From positions 832,001-896,000 of the forward strand of contig CAWFAK010000007.1 of the NCBI GenBank assembly GCA_963813715.1: a DNA stretch of 64,000 bases, given 5' to 3'. This document shows, in pieces, positions 23,468 through 34,250 of this stretch. The notes beneath the pieces were generated by a model. That model was not told the origin of the DNA, did not search any database, and saw only the letters and a list, made by a program, of their open reading frames with translations. A program made the position numbers and the translations under genes. The number at the start of each line of letters is the position of its first letter. The stretch's first letter is position 1. The stretch is from an uncultured Planctomycetaceae bacterium (lineage in GTDB: Bacteria > Planctomycetota > Planctomycetia > Planctomycetales > Planctomycetaceae).

Positions 23468-25623
23468 ATGCTTAGAACGATTCACGAGTGGCACCGATGG
23501 AGGTGCATGGCCGTTGCGGCTTTGCTTCTGCTCTTCGCATTCGCGGGTGGTCGAACGCATGACATTGCGCGGAAGAAAAGCCGTTAAAAGCAGACCGCCG
23601 AGGCGTGATCACGGGCAAGATCGTTGATCGGCTCAATTCGTCGGTCGTCGGGGCGCGGGTAACCCTCTATCGCTGGCAATCGCCAAGCGGGCGTTGGGGA
23701 CGTTGGAAAGTCGCGAGCGACCCGGTCCTTACTGACAAAGCCGGGACCTATCGATTTGAAGGTCTGGCTGACGACTACTTCATGTTGTCGGTCGAATGCA
23801 CCGGGTTCGCGCACGGCTTCTCTGACACGAGAATCAAAGATGCACAAGCACGGCAGGTGAATCTTACATTGAATCCCCCGGCGTCGCCGGTGATTCGAAT
23901 TGAAGATCAAGCCGGCAAACCAATCGTTGGCGCACGGGTCCGCGAATTCCGATTGCGCGGTGTCAATGGCCAACTCCGACTCCCACAGCTTTCCCTGGCC
24001 ACACTGGGAATCGCAATTCTGCCGAGCGACAAGAGCGGTCGCCTTCAACTGCCGCCGCTCCCTTACGGCGACGTGGTTTGCGATGTCATCATCGATCATT
24101 CCGACTTTGCGCCGGTGCGGATCAATGAATTGCCGGCAGCCTCCGGCGCCGAGGCCAGGGTGACGATGCGACCGGGTGTCGCCGTTACGTTGCGAGTGCC
24201 GGTCGATCGTCCGGCTGAGCGAATCACGGGCGCTGTCGTCGATCTGCGGCACGAGCCCTTTCACGATCCATCGACCTTCGGGCAATACGAGGCGTATTTC
24301 GATCCCCAAGGCATAGCAAGGCTGACCGTCGAGCCAGGTAATTATTCGTTCCTTCTGCTGCAGCACGAGGATTTCTTTCTGACACCGGTTTACTCCGCAA
24401 ACTTTGATCAGAAAATGCTTCGCATCGAGCCGGGACGAAACCAGGACCTGCACTTCGATATCCACCGCAAAGTTTCTGTTCGCGGCCGGATCCTCGAATC
24501 CGACACCGGAAAGCCGCCGCGCAACATGGCAGTGATGGGGGAGTTGAAGCACCGTGTGCCAAGGGGATGGGATGATCCGCCGCCCGACGAATGGAGTCTT
24601 GCCGGATGGGGCGAATCCGATGAGCAGGGAGAATACACGATCGACCTTGCCGCTGGGAGTGCGCGAGTCTCACTTCAAGAACGTGAATTTCTGCCGGAAC
24701 AGGAATTCTATGAGCTGAACGTGACCGCCAATGGGTCGACCGTCCTTCCAGATATCAAGGTCCGCCGGCTGCCGAAGATCGTTGGAATTGTCCAGAATCC
24801 GGATGGCAGCGCGGCCGCTGGCGCCGTCGTTCGTCTCCGTGGAAAGTACATGACGGCACTACAGCCCGTGTTGACGAATGCCGCCGGACGATTCGAGCTT
24901 CGGCCGGCATTCATTCCGCTCGACGAGGAAACACACAAGCGAGCCTTCGTGCAGAGCCTGGCTGCCTTCGATCCGTTCCGTCCCCTGGCGGCTCGTGCCA
25001 AAGTGCGGCTCGACAAACCGGAAGCGGTCGTCCTCAAGCTGGAGCCCCACGATCCCGACTGGCTCCTGTCGGCGTTTCGCACAGGATCGAGGGACGGCGA
25101 GCGTGGCGGGGTTTCGCCCAACGAAGCCGGCAGGTTTGCGGCGATTTCCTTGAGGGATCGCCCCGCTCCTGAACTTGAGGCGGCGCTCTGGTTGAATACC
25201 GGAGGCCAGCCCCTCAGGCTGGCCGATCTGCGGGGGAAGTTTGTATTGCTCGATTTCTGGTTCACAGGTTGCGGCCCCTGCCACGCCGACTTTCCATCGG
25301 TCAAGCTGGTTCACGAGTTATACAAGGACAAAGGCGTCGTGGTCATCGGCGTCCATAACAACTCCGGTAGCCCCGAGGCGGTCCGGGAACACGTCGCCAA
25401 GATCAAACTGCCGTTTCCGGTCGCCGTGGACTATCCCGATGGCCGCACGATCGCCCGCTTTGAGTCGCACGGAATTCCCGATGGTTACCCCGACTATGTA
25501 CTGATTTCCCCGGAAGGCAAAGTTCTCCTCGACGACCGGACCATTCCACACGCGACTCTGCGGGCCTACAAGATGGAGATCATCCGCAAGTTTCTGCTCG
25601 AATCGCAGACTGCAGCGAAATAA
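23468..25623 (+). CDS. Exported protein with carboxypeptidase-regulatory-like beta domains and a C-terminal TlpA/redoxin domain (frameshift near 23565)
   Basis: Signal peptide in a short upstream frame; repeated GARV / TD..G.Y motifs; LRGKFVLLDFWFTGCGPC. Confidence 0.8.
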
Positions 25624-25676
25624 ATGCCGCCCGTCGGTCGCGCGGGCGGATCGCGTTGCCGTCGCCGTCGTCCGGT

Positions 25677-25713
25677 AATGTCAACCGTTTTCTCGAACAC
25701 CCGGAAAATGACC
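25677..25713 (+). repeat. Island repeat R5 (box A only)
   Basis: AATGTCAACCGTTTTCTCGAACACCGGAAAATGACC. Confidence 0.7.
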
Positions 25714-25731
25714 AATTTCGGGAATGGCGCG

Positions 25732-25915
25732 TCACCGCGTTGCGGTGACGCCGGTGCCGGGCACGAACCAATGCGCAGAGATCGCGAGGATGGCCTTCGG
25801 CCAGGGCGTCTCCTGGCCGAGACGGGTCCAGCATTCGGTGTACGTGCTCGTCAGTACCGCGTCCATCGGGTTGCCGTGGCCGATGAAGTACGAAGGTACA
25901 ACGAGTCGGTCGGCA
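25732..25915 (-). pseudogene. ygiD: N-terminal fragment of a DODA-type extradiol dioxygenase
   Basis: Minus strand PSYFIGHGNPMDAVLTSTYTECWTRLGQETPWPKAILAISAHWFVPGTGVTA then stop; only about the first 55 codons are present. Confidence 0.75.
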
Positions 25916-26110
25916 AAGAAAAGGTCGCCACGGCTCTACTCCTCTGTCATGTGCCGTCAGATCGGTCGTCGTGCTCAGCGGTGCCCGCTGACGTTCCTTC
26001 AGTTCCTGCTCCGCGGCCGGGGTAAAGTTGTGTCATCATGTTCCTCCGATTTGCTTGCGGTTCTTGGGTCCATAATCTCAGTCCCTTCGAACGATCAAAG
26101 GAGTACACCC

Positions 26111-27379
26111 GTGAACGCGGCCAAGACGAGTTCTGCTGACCTAGTACTTTCAAACCTCGACCATTTGCTCCCGGACCTAGAATCGCTTTACACCGATGTC
26201 CACGCGCACCCCGAGTTGTCGATGCAGGAAACTCGGACGGCCGGCCTGGCAGCGGACCGGCTCCGCAGCGCCGGCTACGAGGTGACGACGGGGGTCGGGA
26301 AGACCGGCGTCGTCGGGCTGCTCCGCAACGGCGATGGGCCGACCGTCATGCTGCGCGCTGACATGGACGCCCTGCCGGTCGAGGAGGCGACCGGCCTGCC
26401 CTACGCCAGTAAAGTCAAAGCCACGGACCGTGAAGGGAAGACGGTGCCGGTGATGCACGCATGCGGCCACGACATGCATGTCGCCTGGCTCACGGGCGCG
26501 ACCACGCTGCTGGCGCAGGCCCGCGGGGCGTGGCGGGGAACGCTGATGGCTGTCTTTCAGCCGGCGGAGGAGACGGCGGAAGGTGCGCAGGCCATGATCA
26601 ATGATGGGCTGTTCGACCGCTTCCCCCAACCCAGTGTGGTCCTCGGCCAGCACGTCATGGTTGGGGCGGCTGGTGTCATCGCCGGGCGCGCCGGCGTCAT
26701 CACCTCGGCCGCGGACAGCTTGCAGATCCGGCTGTTCGGGCGCGGCGGACACGGCTCGATGCCCCAGGCCTGCGTCGATCCCGTCGTCATGGCGGCGGCG
26801 ACAGTGTTGCGGCTGCAAACCATCGTCTCGCGCGAACTCGCCGCCACCGAAGCCGCCGTGGTCACCGTTGGCTCGCTGCAGGCCGGCACAAAGGAGAACG
26901 TCATCCCAGACGAGGCCGTCATCAAGCTGAACGTACGCACCTTCGACGGCGGCGTACGCAAGCGCGTCCTCGCCGCGGTCAGGCGGATCGTCAACGCGGA
27001 GGCGGCGGCCTCGGGGGCGCCCAAGCCCCCGGAAATCACTCCGCTTGACAGTTACGCCCTGGTGGAGAACGACTCTGCGGCGAGCAATCGCGTCGCCGAC
27101 GCGTTCCGACAATACTTCCCATCCGAGCGGGTCCGGGAGACCGGGCCGTCGCCCGCGAGCGAGGACTTCGGGTGTTTTGGCGCCGAGTGGCACGTCCCGT
27201 CGGTGTTCTGGTTCGTCGGTGGCACGGACCCTGATGTCTATGCGAAAGCCAAAGAGGCGGGCCGGCTCAACGACCTGCCGACCAACCACAACCCGCATTT
27301 CGCACCGGTGATTCATCCGACCCTGGAAACGGGAGTGGAAACGCTGGTTGTCGCTGCGCGGGCCTGGCTGTCGGCGTAG
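26111..27379 (+). CDS. M20D amidohydrolase (hippurate hydrolase-like)
   Basis: AAAGGAG then GTG; HAHPELS, LRADMDALP, MHACGHDMH, FQPAEE, SEDF. Confidence 0.93.
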   Translation: MNAAKTSSADLVLSNLDHLLPDLESLYTDVHAHPELSMQETRTAGLAADRLRSAGYEVTTGVGKTGVVGLLRNGDGPTVMLRADMDALPVEEATGLPYASKVKATDREGKTVPVMHACGHDMHVAWLTGATTLLAQARGAWRGTLMAVFQPAEETAEGAQAMINDGLFDRFPQPSVVLGQHVMVGAAGVIAGRAGVITSAADSLQIRLFGRGGHGSMPQACVDPVVMAAATVLRLQTIVSRELAATEAAVVTVGSLQAGTKENVIPDEAVIKLNVRTFDGGVRKRVLAAVRRIVNAEAAASGAPKPPEITPLDSYALVENDSAASNRVADAFRQYFPSERVRETGPSPASEDFGCFGAEWHVPSVFWFVGGTDPDVYAKAKEAGRLNDLPTNHNPHFAPVIHPTLETGVETLVVAARAWLSA

Positions 27380-27389
27380 GACACTCACG

Positions 27390-28050
27390 ATGCAGACGCT
27401 CCTGGCACTCGACCTTGCCGGCACCTTCGTCTTCGCGATAAGCGGGGCGATGGCGGGCGTGAAGCACCGGCTCGACCTCTTCGGCGTGCTAGTTCTGTCG
27501 TTTGTGGCAGCCAATACCGGCGGGATCGCCCGCGATGTTCTAATCGGGGCTGTGCCGCCACCAGCGCTCAGCAACTGGCGCTATGTGGCTGTGTCGCTCC
27601 TGGCCGGCGTCGTCACCTTTTTCTGTTATGGCACCGTTGATCGGTTGCACAGCCCCGTACTCATGTTCGACGCCGCCGGGCTGGCACTCTTTGCCGTCGC
27701 CGGCGCGCAGAAGGCCGTCGCGTTAGGGTTGGGCCCGGTCCCGGCGGCACTGCTCGGCATGCTGACCGGGATCGGCGGCGTGCATGGCGCGCGACGTGAT
27801 GCTGGCGGAGATCCCCACGGTGCTGCGCGCCGACTTGTACGCCGTCGCCGCCCTGGCCGGCGCGGCGGTGGTGGTGATCGCCGACCTGCTCCAACTCCCG
27901 TTCACCGCGGCGATGGTCGTGGGCGCGGCGCTCTGCTTCGGGATCCGCTTTCTCGCGATCCGCCGCGGCTGGCGGCTCCCCGTCGCCCGCCCGCCCGAGA
28001 GGACGGACGGCTCGAACGAACGACAGGACAGCACCGCGAAGGGGCCTTGA
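27390..28050 (+). CDS. Trimeric intracellular cation channel (UPF0126) family membrane protein (frameshift near 27783)
   Basis: DLAGTFVFAISGA, LDLFGV, GGIARDVLIG, then MARDVMLAEIP. Confidence 0.88.
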
Positions 28051-28206
28051 AGGTGAGGTTCGTGAGTACGCGATTGGTTCGGCCAAATGGAGACTGGGTC
28101 GGTAGAGCGGTGGGTCGCGAGTTCGGCAATCAGCATCAAGAGTGTGCGATCCGGTCATTCTCTGCGCAACAAGCGAATTTCGTCGTCACTCCTGCCGCTT
28201 TCCCGT

Positions 28207-28394
28207 AATCTCAAACCTTTTCCGGGACACGAAAAAAAAAGGACCGATAAGTGCCGCCTCGACCAGAAACCCATACCTTTTTCGGCAGGTGATTCTGCGT
28301 ACCGGATTGCCATACGTTTTGTGGGAATCGAGCCTCGAATGGCGAGGGGCGGGCGAAGGCCCGGAATTCTGGGACGTAAATCGAACGTTTTTCC
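28207..28394 (+). repeat. Island repeat copy R6 (A-B-C-D)
   Basis: AATCTCAAACCTTTT..GACCGATAAGTGCCGCC (shared with R1) / AACCCATACCTTTTT / ATTGCCATACGTTTT / AATCGAACGTTTTT. Confidence 0.9.
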
Positions 28395-28554
28395 GGAACG
28401 CGTCCAATCCAGCGGCCTTGACTCGTTGCAAGTGGTTTCATTCCGATATGTAAACCGTCCGGGCAACAGCGACGGTTCTGAGTGATGCACCCTTTCCTGA
28501 CGAGCAATCGACATCGGTCCGCATGGCCACCGCGCAGAACGCGCAGACCTTGTT

Positions 28555-29787
28555 TTACGCGGGCCGACGTGGATCACTTGCTGTGCTGTCTCTCTTGAGA
28601 GTCTCGGGCACTCTCGCGACGACCAGCGCCGTCGCCGCCGCTCCAACCCCGGCAAGCAGAGCGAACGTGCCGCGATAGCCCAGTGCGTCCACAACCAACC
28701 CCGTCGCCCCAGGACCGACCGCCGAGCCAAACACCAGCGCTGACCCGACCAGTCCTTGCGCCTCGCCCGACCGACCGGGGTCGGCGAGACGGTCGGTAAC
28801 CCAGGCAGCTGCGAGTACGGCAAAAAGCGCCTGGCCCAAACCGTCGAGCACCTGGATCGCCAGCGCTTGCCAGGTCGCCTGCGCCACCGCCAACAGCGCT
28901 AATCGGGCCGTCATGATCGTCCAGGCGGCGATCAGCAGCGGTCGCCGCCCGATCCGGTCCGAGAGTTTTCCAGCTCGCCGCACCGCCAGCCCCCAAGTAA
29001 TCATGCTGATCACAAAGGCCACGGGAAGCAGGCTGGCGGCAGTCCCCAGGTCCCGCTTCATGAACAGGCCGAGATAGACTCCGGCGGGCGCGTTACAAAA
29101 GTGGAACAGGACCATCGCCACCACAAAGACCAACAGCGTCGCGTCGCGCAGTCCTTTGCTGTTTGATGGTGGCACGACTTCAGTCGCGTCTTCGGAAACT
29201 TTTCCGGGCTCGCGTGTCGACTTCTGCAGCTCCCGATCCTCGCGGATCAGCAACGCCAGGACGACGGCCAGACCCTGCACGACCGCCAGCGGCCATAACA
29301 ATCCCGGAACGCCGAGTACGCCAGACAGGCCGATCAAAGCAAGTGCCACCGTAACGATGGCGGCCGGTCGCCAAACGCGGAGCGCACCCAGAGCGGCACC
29401 CACTTCGCTGGGCGCCGCCAGGTGTGTCGCCTCGGCTCCCGCAAGGCTTTCCACCGTGGCGCGGCACACTCCGTTTTCGGCAAAGAGCAGCACCAACAGG
29501 CCGACTAAAAGCATTCCATGCGTGATCGGCAGCAGGACCGTCGCGACTGCAAGCAGTCCCAGGAGAACCACCAGGAATGGCTTGCGACGCCCCAGCTTGT
29601 CGGACCAAAGGCTGATGGGAAACTGGGCCACGCCGGCGAGAGCTGCCAGCGCTGACACAAAGCTGATCGCCCGATCGGTAAAACCCTCGTCGCGCAGATA
29701 CAAAGGCAAGTACGGCAGCGTGAAGCCGATTCCCGCCATGCCGCAGAAATAGGCTCCATACAAACCGAGTTTATTGCGGCGATCCAT
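28555..29787 (-). CDS. MFS transporter
   Basis: About 12 TMs; SDKLGRRKP and GKLSDRIGRRP motif A. Confidence 0.9.
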   Translation of the reverse strand: MDRRNKLGLYGAYFCGMAGIGFTLPYLPLYLRDEGFTDRAISFVSALAALAGVAQFPISLWSDKLGRRKPFLVVLLGLLAVATVLLPITHGMLLVGLLVLLFAENGVCRATVESLAGAEATHLAAPSEVGAALGALRVWRPAAIVTVALALIGLSGVLGVPGLLWPLAVVQGLAVVLALLIREDRELQKSTREPGKVSEDATEVVPPSNSKGLRDATLLVFVVAMVLFHFCNAPAGVYLGLFMKRDLGTAASLLPVAFVISMITWGLAVRRAGKLSDRIGRRPLLIAAWTIMTARLALLAVAQATWQALAIQVLDGLGQALFAVLAAAWVTDRLADPGRSGEAQGLVGSALVFGSAVGPGATGLVVDALGYRGTFALLAGVGAAATALVVARVPETLKRDSTASDPRRPA

Positions 29788-29799
29788 CAGCTGCTCTTT

Positions 29800-31083
29800 T
29801 CAATAATGGACGAATTGCAGCCAGGCGATTCCCAGGATGAGCGTGAGGACCGTCAGCGGGATTCCGACTTTGCAATACTCCCTGAACGAGATCGCCACTC
29901 CCTGGCGGCCGGCGGTTTCCACGACGATCAGGTTGGCGACCGATCCGAGTACCGTGAGATTGCCGGCGAACGTGCTCGACATCGCCAACGCCAGCCACGC
30001 CGTCTCACGCGTGGCGGCGGGCACCGCTTGCGCGACGGGCTCCAGCAGCAACACCGCCGGCACGTTACTCACGAGGTTTGACAGCGCGGCCGACACCAGG
30101 CTGAGCAATACCGTTGGACGCTCCAACAGCCAGGTCCAGCCCTCGATGCCCCAGCCGTCAACGACGCGCACCTGGAAGGCATGCACCACGATGAACAGGC
30201 CCGTGAACATCGTCAGCAGGCTCCAATCGACCTCTCGGTAGATCCTTTGCGGCTTGATCCGGTCGAGCAGCACGACGGCGGCGCCGCCGAGGGCGACCAA
30301 CTCCAGCGGCAGGCCGGTGAAGAACAGTGCCACCGCCGCCAGCGTCACGGCGACCGCCTTGATTTGCAGCCGGGCATGACCGCGGCTGCGCGGCTTCCCC
30401 TCGCCGCTGCCCTCTTCGTCAGGCGTCTCGTCTTTGTCGGAACTTTCTTGCCCCTTGGGTGGCGTCAATCGGCCCAGATAGACTAGGCACACGACGAGAT
30501 AGGTGATGCCCAGCCCCAGCAGAGCGACCGGTAACAGGCGGGCAGCGAAGCGGGCGTAAGAAATGCCAGAATGCGCGCCGATGAAAATGTTCTGTGGATT
30601 GCCGGTTATCGTGCCGGTGGAGCCGACGTTGGCCGCGGTCGCGAGTCCGATCAGATGGGGAATCGGGTCGAACTTCATCCGCCGGGCCAGGTGCAGCACC
30701 AGCGGCGTCAGCGCCACGCAGACCACGTCGTTGATCAGGAACGCCGACAGCCCTCCGGAGAGCGCGATCGTCACCGCCAGCAGGCCATTCGGCGTTCTGA
30801 TGCGGCGCAAAGCCAAGCCGACAAGCAGCTCAAAGAAACCCGACAGCCGCAGCACGCCGACGACGATCATCATCCCGAAAAGCAGGAACAGCGTCTTGAA
30901 GTCGATCGAGTCGGGGCTGACGGCTTGATTCAGACTCAGCACGCCCGTGATCAGCATGAGCGTCGCGCCGACGAGCGCGATGCCGGCCCGGTCGATGCGC
31001 AGCCCCGGCACCTTGCCCAACGCCAAACCGGCATAGGTTGCGGCGAAGATAATCCATGTCAACCAGACGGTCCGGTCGTTCAC
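29800..31083 (-). CDS. ArsB/NhaD-type (IT superfamily) anion transporter
   Basis: SAFLINDVV, ANVGSTGTITGNPQN, SNLVSNVP, AGNLTVLGSVANLIV. Confidence 0.9.
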   Translation of the reverse strand: MNDRTVWLTWIIFAATYAGLALGKVPGLRIDRAGIALVGATLMLITGVLSLNQAVSPDSIDFKTLFLLFGMMIVVGVLRLSGFFELLVGLALRRIRTPNGLLAVTIALSGGLSAFLINDVVCVALTPLVLHLARRMKFDPIPHLIGLATAANVGSTGTITGNPQNIFIGAHSGISYARFAARLLPVALLGLGITYLVVCLVYLGRLTPPKGQESSDKDETPDEEGSGEGKPRSRGHARLQIKAVAVTLAAVALFFTGLPLELVALGGAAVVLLDRIKPQRIYREVDWSLLTMFTGLFIVVHAFQVRVVDGWGIEGWTWLLERPTVLLSLVSAALSNLVSNVPAVLLLEPVAQAVPAATRETAWLALAMSSTFAGNLTVLGSVANLIVVETAGRQGVAISFREYCKVGIPLTVLTLILGIAWLQFVHY

Positions 31084-32336
31084 GCCATGTTTCCTTCCGC
31101 GGCTAACTTCTTCCCACTCACGTCACCTGTCTCCGGCATAAGGAAATAGAGGATCGCGAATGCAGCCGACGCGATCGTTGCGAGGAATAGGAAGCCGGCG
31201 CTGGATCCGAAGTGGTGAACGATGCCACCGGCGATCACCTGGCTGAGAGAAGCGCCGATGCCGACCGCAGTCGTGACTGCTCCGAGGGTGAGGTTAAACC
31301 GGCCCGTGCCGCGCGTCAGGTCGGCAATCACCAGCACCGAGACAACGCCGAAGATTCCGGCTCCAATGCCATCCAGGATTTGGATGGCAACAAGCAATGC
31401 CGTGCGATCCGTGAAGGTGTAAAGGATTCCCCGAATGGGCAGCACTCCGAATGCAAGTAGCAGCAGAGGTTTCCGCCCCCAGATCCCGGCCTTTCGGCCG
31501 GTCCATGAAGCGATCAGTGTGATGACGAGTTGCGTCGTCACCACACACGCCGACATAAACATCATCGAGCTTCGGCCTTGACCTTTGGCCAGCATCTCAC
31601 CCAGAAGGGGCAGCATCGCGGCATTGGCAAAGTGGAACATGACGGCGCAGATGAGGAAGATGATCAGCGGCCGGTCCTTGAGCAGTTCCCAAACTTTGGC
31701 CGGTTTGTTGTCGTCGTCGCCGTCCCTGGCGCCGCGGGCCAGTTCGTAATCGATCTCATCGGGTCGGATCAGAAGCAGCGTGAGGACCGTTGGAAGCGCA
31801 ATGACCGCGACAAAGAAGAAAATCCCGCGGTCTGACATCGTGTACCCGATTAGTCCCATTAACACCGCGGCGGTCACGTTGCCCGCAGAGTTGAACGTCT
31901 GATTTCGTCCCTGACGGGTGTCAAACAACTTACGTCCTACGATTCCCAGCGACATGGCGCAGATTGCTGGACCGAAGACACTCGACGTCACGCCAATCAA
32001 GAGCTGGGCAGCCATCACGGGCCAAAAAGACGGAAGCAGCGCGATCACCATCGCAGCGGCGGCCAATGCGGCGACACCTACGGCGACTAATGCGCGCTTG
32101 GATTTAAGGTAATCAACAAGCGCGCCAGCCGGCGTCTGCGTCACGATCCCGGCCATGCCGCCCACGGTGAGCGCAAGTCCCACCTGCTGCTCGTTCCATT
32201 CATAGCCGGCAAGGTAAATCGCGAGGAAAGGCCCAACGCCCGACTGCACGTCGGCGAGGAAGAAATTGAGCCAGTCAAGACCCCGAAGGGTTCGGGCCGA
32301 AGGCTGCTTCAATCCGTCTGGGTTTTCGGTCGTCAT
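31080..32336 (-). CDS. MFS transporter
   Basis: LDWLNFFLADVQ, FHFANAAMLPL, WGRKPLL, DLTRGTGRFN. Confidence 0.9.
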   Translation of the reverse strand: MTTENPDGLKQPSARTLRGLDWLNFFLADVQSGVGPFLAIYLAGYEWNEQQVGLALTVGGMAGIVTQTPAGALVDYLKSKRALVAVGVAALAAAAMVIALLPSFWPVMAAQLLIGVTSSVFGPAICAMSLGIVGRKLFDTRQGRNQTFNSAGNVTAAVLMGLIGYTMSDRGIFFFVAVIALPTVLTLLLIRPDEIDYELARGARDGDDDNKPAKVWELLKDRPLIIFLICAVMFHFANAAMLPLLGEMLAKGQGRSSMMFMSACVVTTQLVITLIASWTGRKAGIWGRKPLLLLAFGVLPIRGILYTFTDRTALLVAIQILDGIGAGIFGVVSVLVIADLTRGTGRFNLTLGAVTTAVGIGASLSQVIAGGIVHHFGSSAGFLFLATIASAAFAILYFLMPETGDVSGKKLAAEGNMA

Positions 32337-32359
32337 TGCAAGCTGCATGAGAAAAGACT

Positions 32360-32480
32360 TTGGAGGCGGGCTCCGGGAAACGGCATGACGACGCCGGTGA
32401 TTTCGGGCAGGAAGAAGTTGGCCGCGTTGAGGCCGACTCGGCTCCGCCAGGAGATCGCGTTAGGGGCCGTCTCCGTTACG
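32360..32480 (-). pseudogene. N-terminal stub of a third MFS gene
   Basis: SWRSRVGLNAANFFLPEITGVVMPF resembles the first TM of the adjacent MFS (GLDWLNFFLADVQSGVGPF) and then breaks off. Confidence 0.55.
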
Positions 32481-32610
32481 GGAATTGGTGGTGGCAACCC
32501 CCTCGCTTGCAGGTCGGGCGCTTGCCGGCCAGATTCGGTTGCGCAAATCATCAATGGAACCTACTCTTGGAAAGTAAACTTGGCGTCGGTATGGCATGCG
32601 ACATCGACAA

Positions 32611-33672
32611 TCAACAGAATGCTGTGTTCGTGACCGCGGGATGGACCATTGGAACGGCCGTGTAACGCCCCGTCGGATCAGCGATGAATTCGATTCGCTG
32701 ACTGGCCGTCTGCCCCCGCATGTCGGTCACGCGGACTTCCAGCGCATGTTCGCCTTTAGTCAGCTCGGCACCTGCGAGCGAATGCGAAAAGGACCCGGGT
32801 GCCGCGGCCATCAATGCAAACCATTCGCCACCGTCGATCCGGGCCTCCGCCCCTTGCAACGGGGCCTGTGACCAGGCTCGTGCGCAAATCTCGTAATTCT
32901 GGCAAACGACGTGCCGCGGCCCTGTCGCCAGCAGCTTTTCACGCGGATGAGTGATCAGCAGCAAAGGGCCGGTCTCTTCGATGGTGCGATACGTCACCGC
33001 CAGGTCTTCCCCCTCGAGGTGCGCGATGGTGTAACCGGGCGGTCCTCCCTCGGGATCGCCAATCGAGCGGCTGGTGACGAAAACGTTGCGGCCGTCGTTG
33101 GCAACTTGACCGTAGTGTGTGTGCCCCGTGAAGACAGCCGCGATGCGGCGGGTCTGCACGATCTCGCGCCAGTCGTCAATCCCCGGTCCAGCGAAGTCCT
33201 CCCAAATCTGATAGGGATAGTTGTGCTGAAACAAAACGACCCGCTCGCTCGCCGCGACGGCCGCGTCGACCTCGCCGCGCAGCCACGTCACTTGCCGAGG
33301 TGACAATCCGATGGGTGCCGCTTCCTGCGTGTTCAAACGTAAGCAGCGGAAGCCACGCAAAGAGAGCGAGCCGACGGGGTCGGCGACGTGAGCGCGGAAC
33401 AGCCCCGCCAGCGGATCGTGCTGAGCGTCGTGATCACCGACGAGTGCGAACCGGGGGACGGTGAGCCGGCGGCACAAGTCGCTGAATAGCTCGAACTGCG
33501 CGTCGGTCGCGTCCTGCACGTTGTCCCCGATGAACTGGACGAAGTCGGGGCGAATCAGCCGGTTCACCTCGTCCACCATCCAGAGGGCGGCTTGGTGATT
33601 GACCAAACCTGGCTCCGTCAGGTGCAAGTCGCCCGGCACGACGAAGGTGATTCGGCGATTGGGTTCCTCCAT
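32611..33672 (-). CDS. Calcineurin-like metallophosphoesterase with a C-terminal Ig-like domain
   Basis: GDLH, GDNV, GDHD, GHTH motifs. Confidence 0.9.
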   Translation of the reverse strand: MEEPNRRITFVVPGDLHLTEPGLVNHQAALWMVDEVNRLIRPDFVQFIGDNVQDATDAQFELFSDLCRRLTVPRFALVGDHDAQHDPLAGLFRAHVADPVGSLSLRGFRCLRLNTQEAAPIGLSPRQVTWLRGEVDAAVAASERVVLFQHNYPYQIWEDFAGPGIDDWREIVQTRRIAAVFTGHTHYGQVANDGRNVFVTSRSIGDPEGGPPGYTIAHLEGEDLAVTYRTIEETGPLLLITHPREKLLATGPRHVVCQNYEICARAWSQAPLQGAEARIDGGEWFALMAAAPGSFSHSLAGAELTKGEHALEVRVTDMRGQTASQRIEFIADPTGRYTAVPMVHPAVTNTAFC

Positions 33673-34118
33673 CGTTGGTCTCCTCGCATCGATGACTTGA
33701 GCTCTTTAGTCCTGTTTCTTGTTGTTCGCTCCTCGCCGGAAACGCAAAAGCCAGACCGCTGGGACCTCAAAATGCCGCCCGCCGCAATTACATCGCGACT
33801 GTCACAGGCATCTGCGGGTTAAGAAGCTTCCTTTCACGAGCAACGCAGTCTGTGCACGTCCATTCACGAACGAAGCGATTTGGGCAGGATTTCCCCGGCC
33901 ATGGGGGAATCGTGCCCAAACTAGGCGAGCTAACCTCGCGATTCGGTTTTTCTTTCTCCCCGATTTCAGGGCAACCGAGAATTCGCGAATCGACTTATAG
34001 GTCGTCGCCACGGACCGCAGCACATCATTGCCCCGTTGGATTTGCGCTGTGAGCGTTTGCTTGATGGACGCAGAACCTTGTCGGCTCTGACTGCAACGGA
34101 TCGGCGTCGTCGTCCGAT

Positions 34119-34135
34119 TCGGCATGACGGTTGCG
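34119..34135 (+). promoter_or_regulatory. Putative sigma-54 promoter
   Basis: TCGGCATGACGGTTGCG has GG-N10-GC, about 115 bp before the ATG at 34251; NtrC-type gene downstream. Confidence 0.6.
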
Positions 34136-34250
34136 TTCCGCGACTGATGAGCCAAGGTGAGCACCGCCATCTTCGGAGATGGCACACCTGATAAGTCAGC
34201 CCGGGATTAAGGGCTCCATTCCCGGCGCCTCGCAAAAGAGGAGACTCACG

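Noticed and set aside
33680..33850. Possible riboswitch or ANTAR leader before the phosphoesterase operon
   Set aside because: Hairpin potential exists, but no family consensus could be matched by eye; it needs an Rfam scan.
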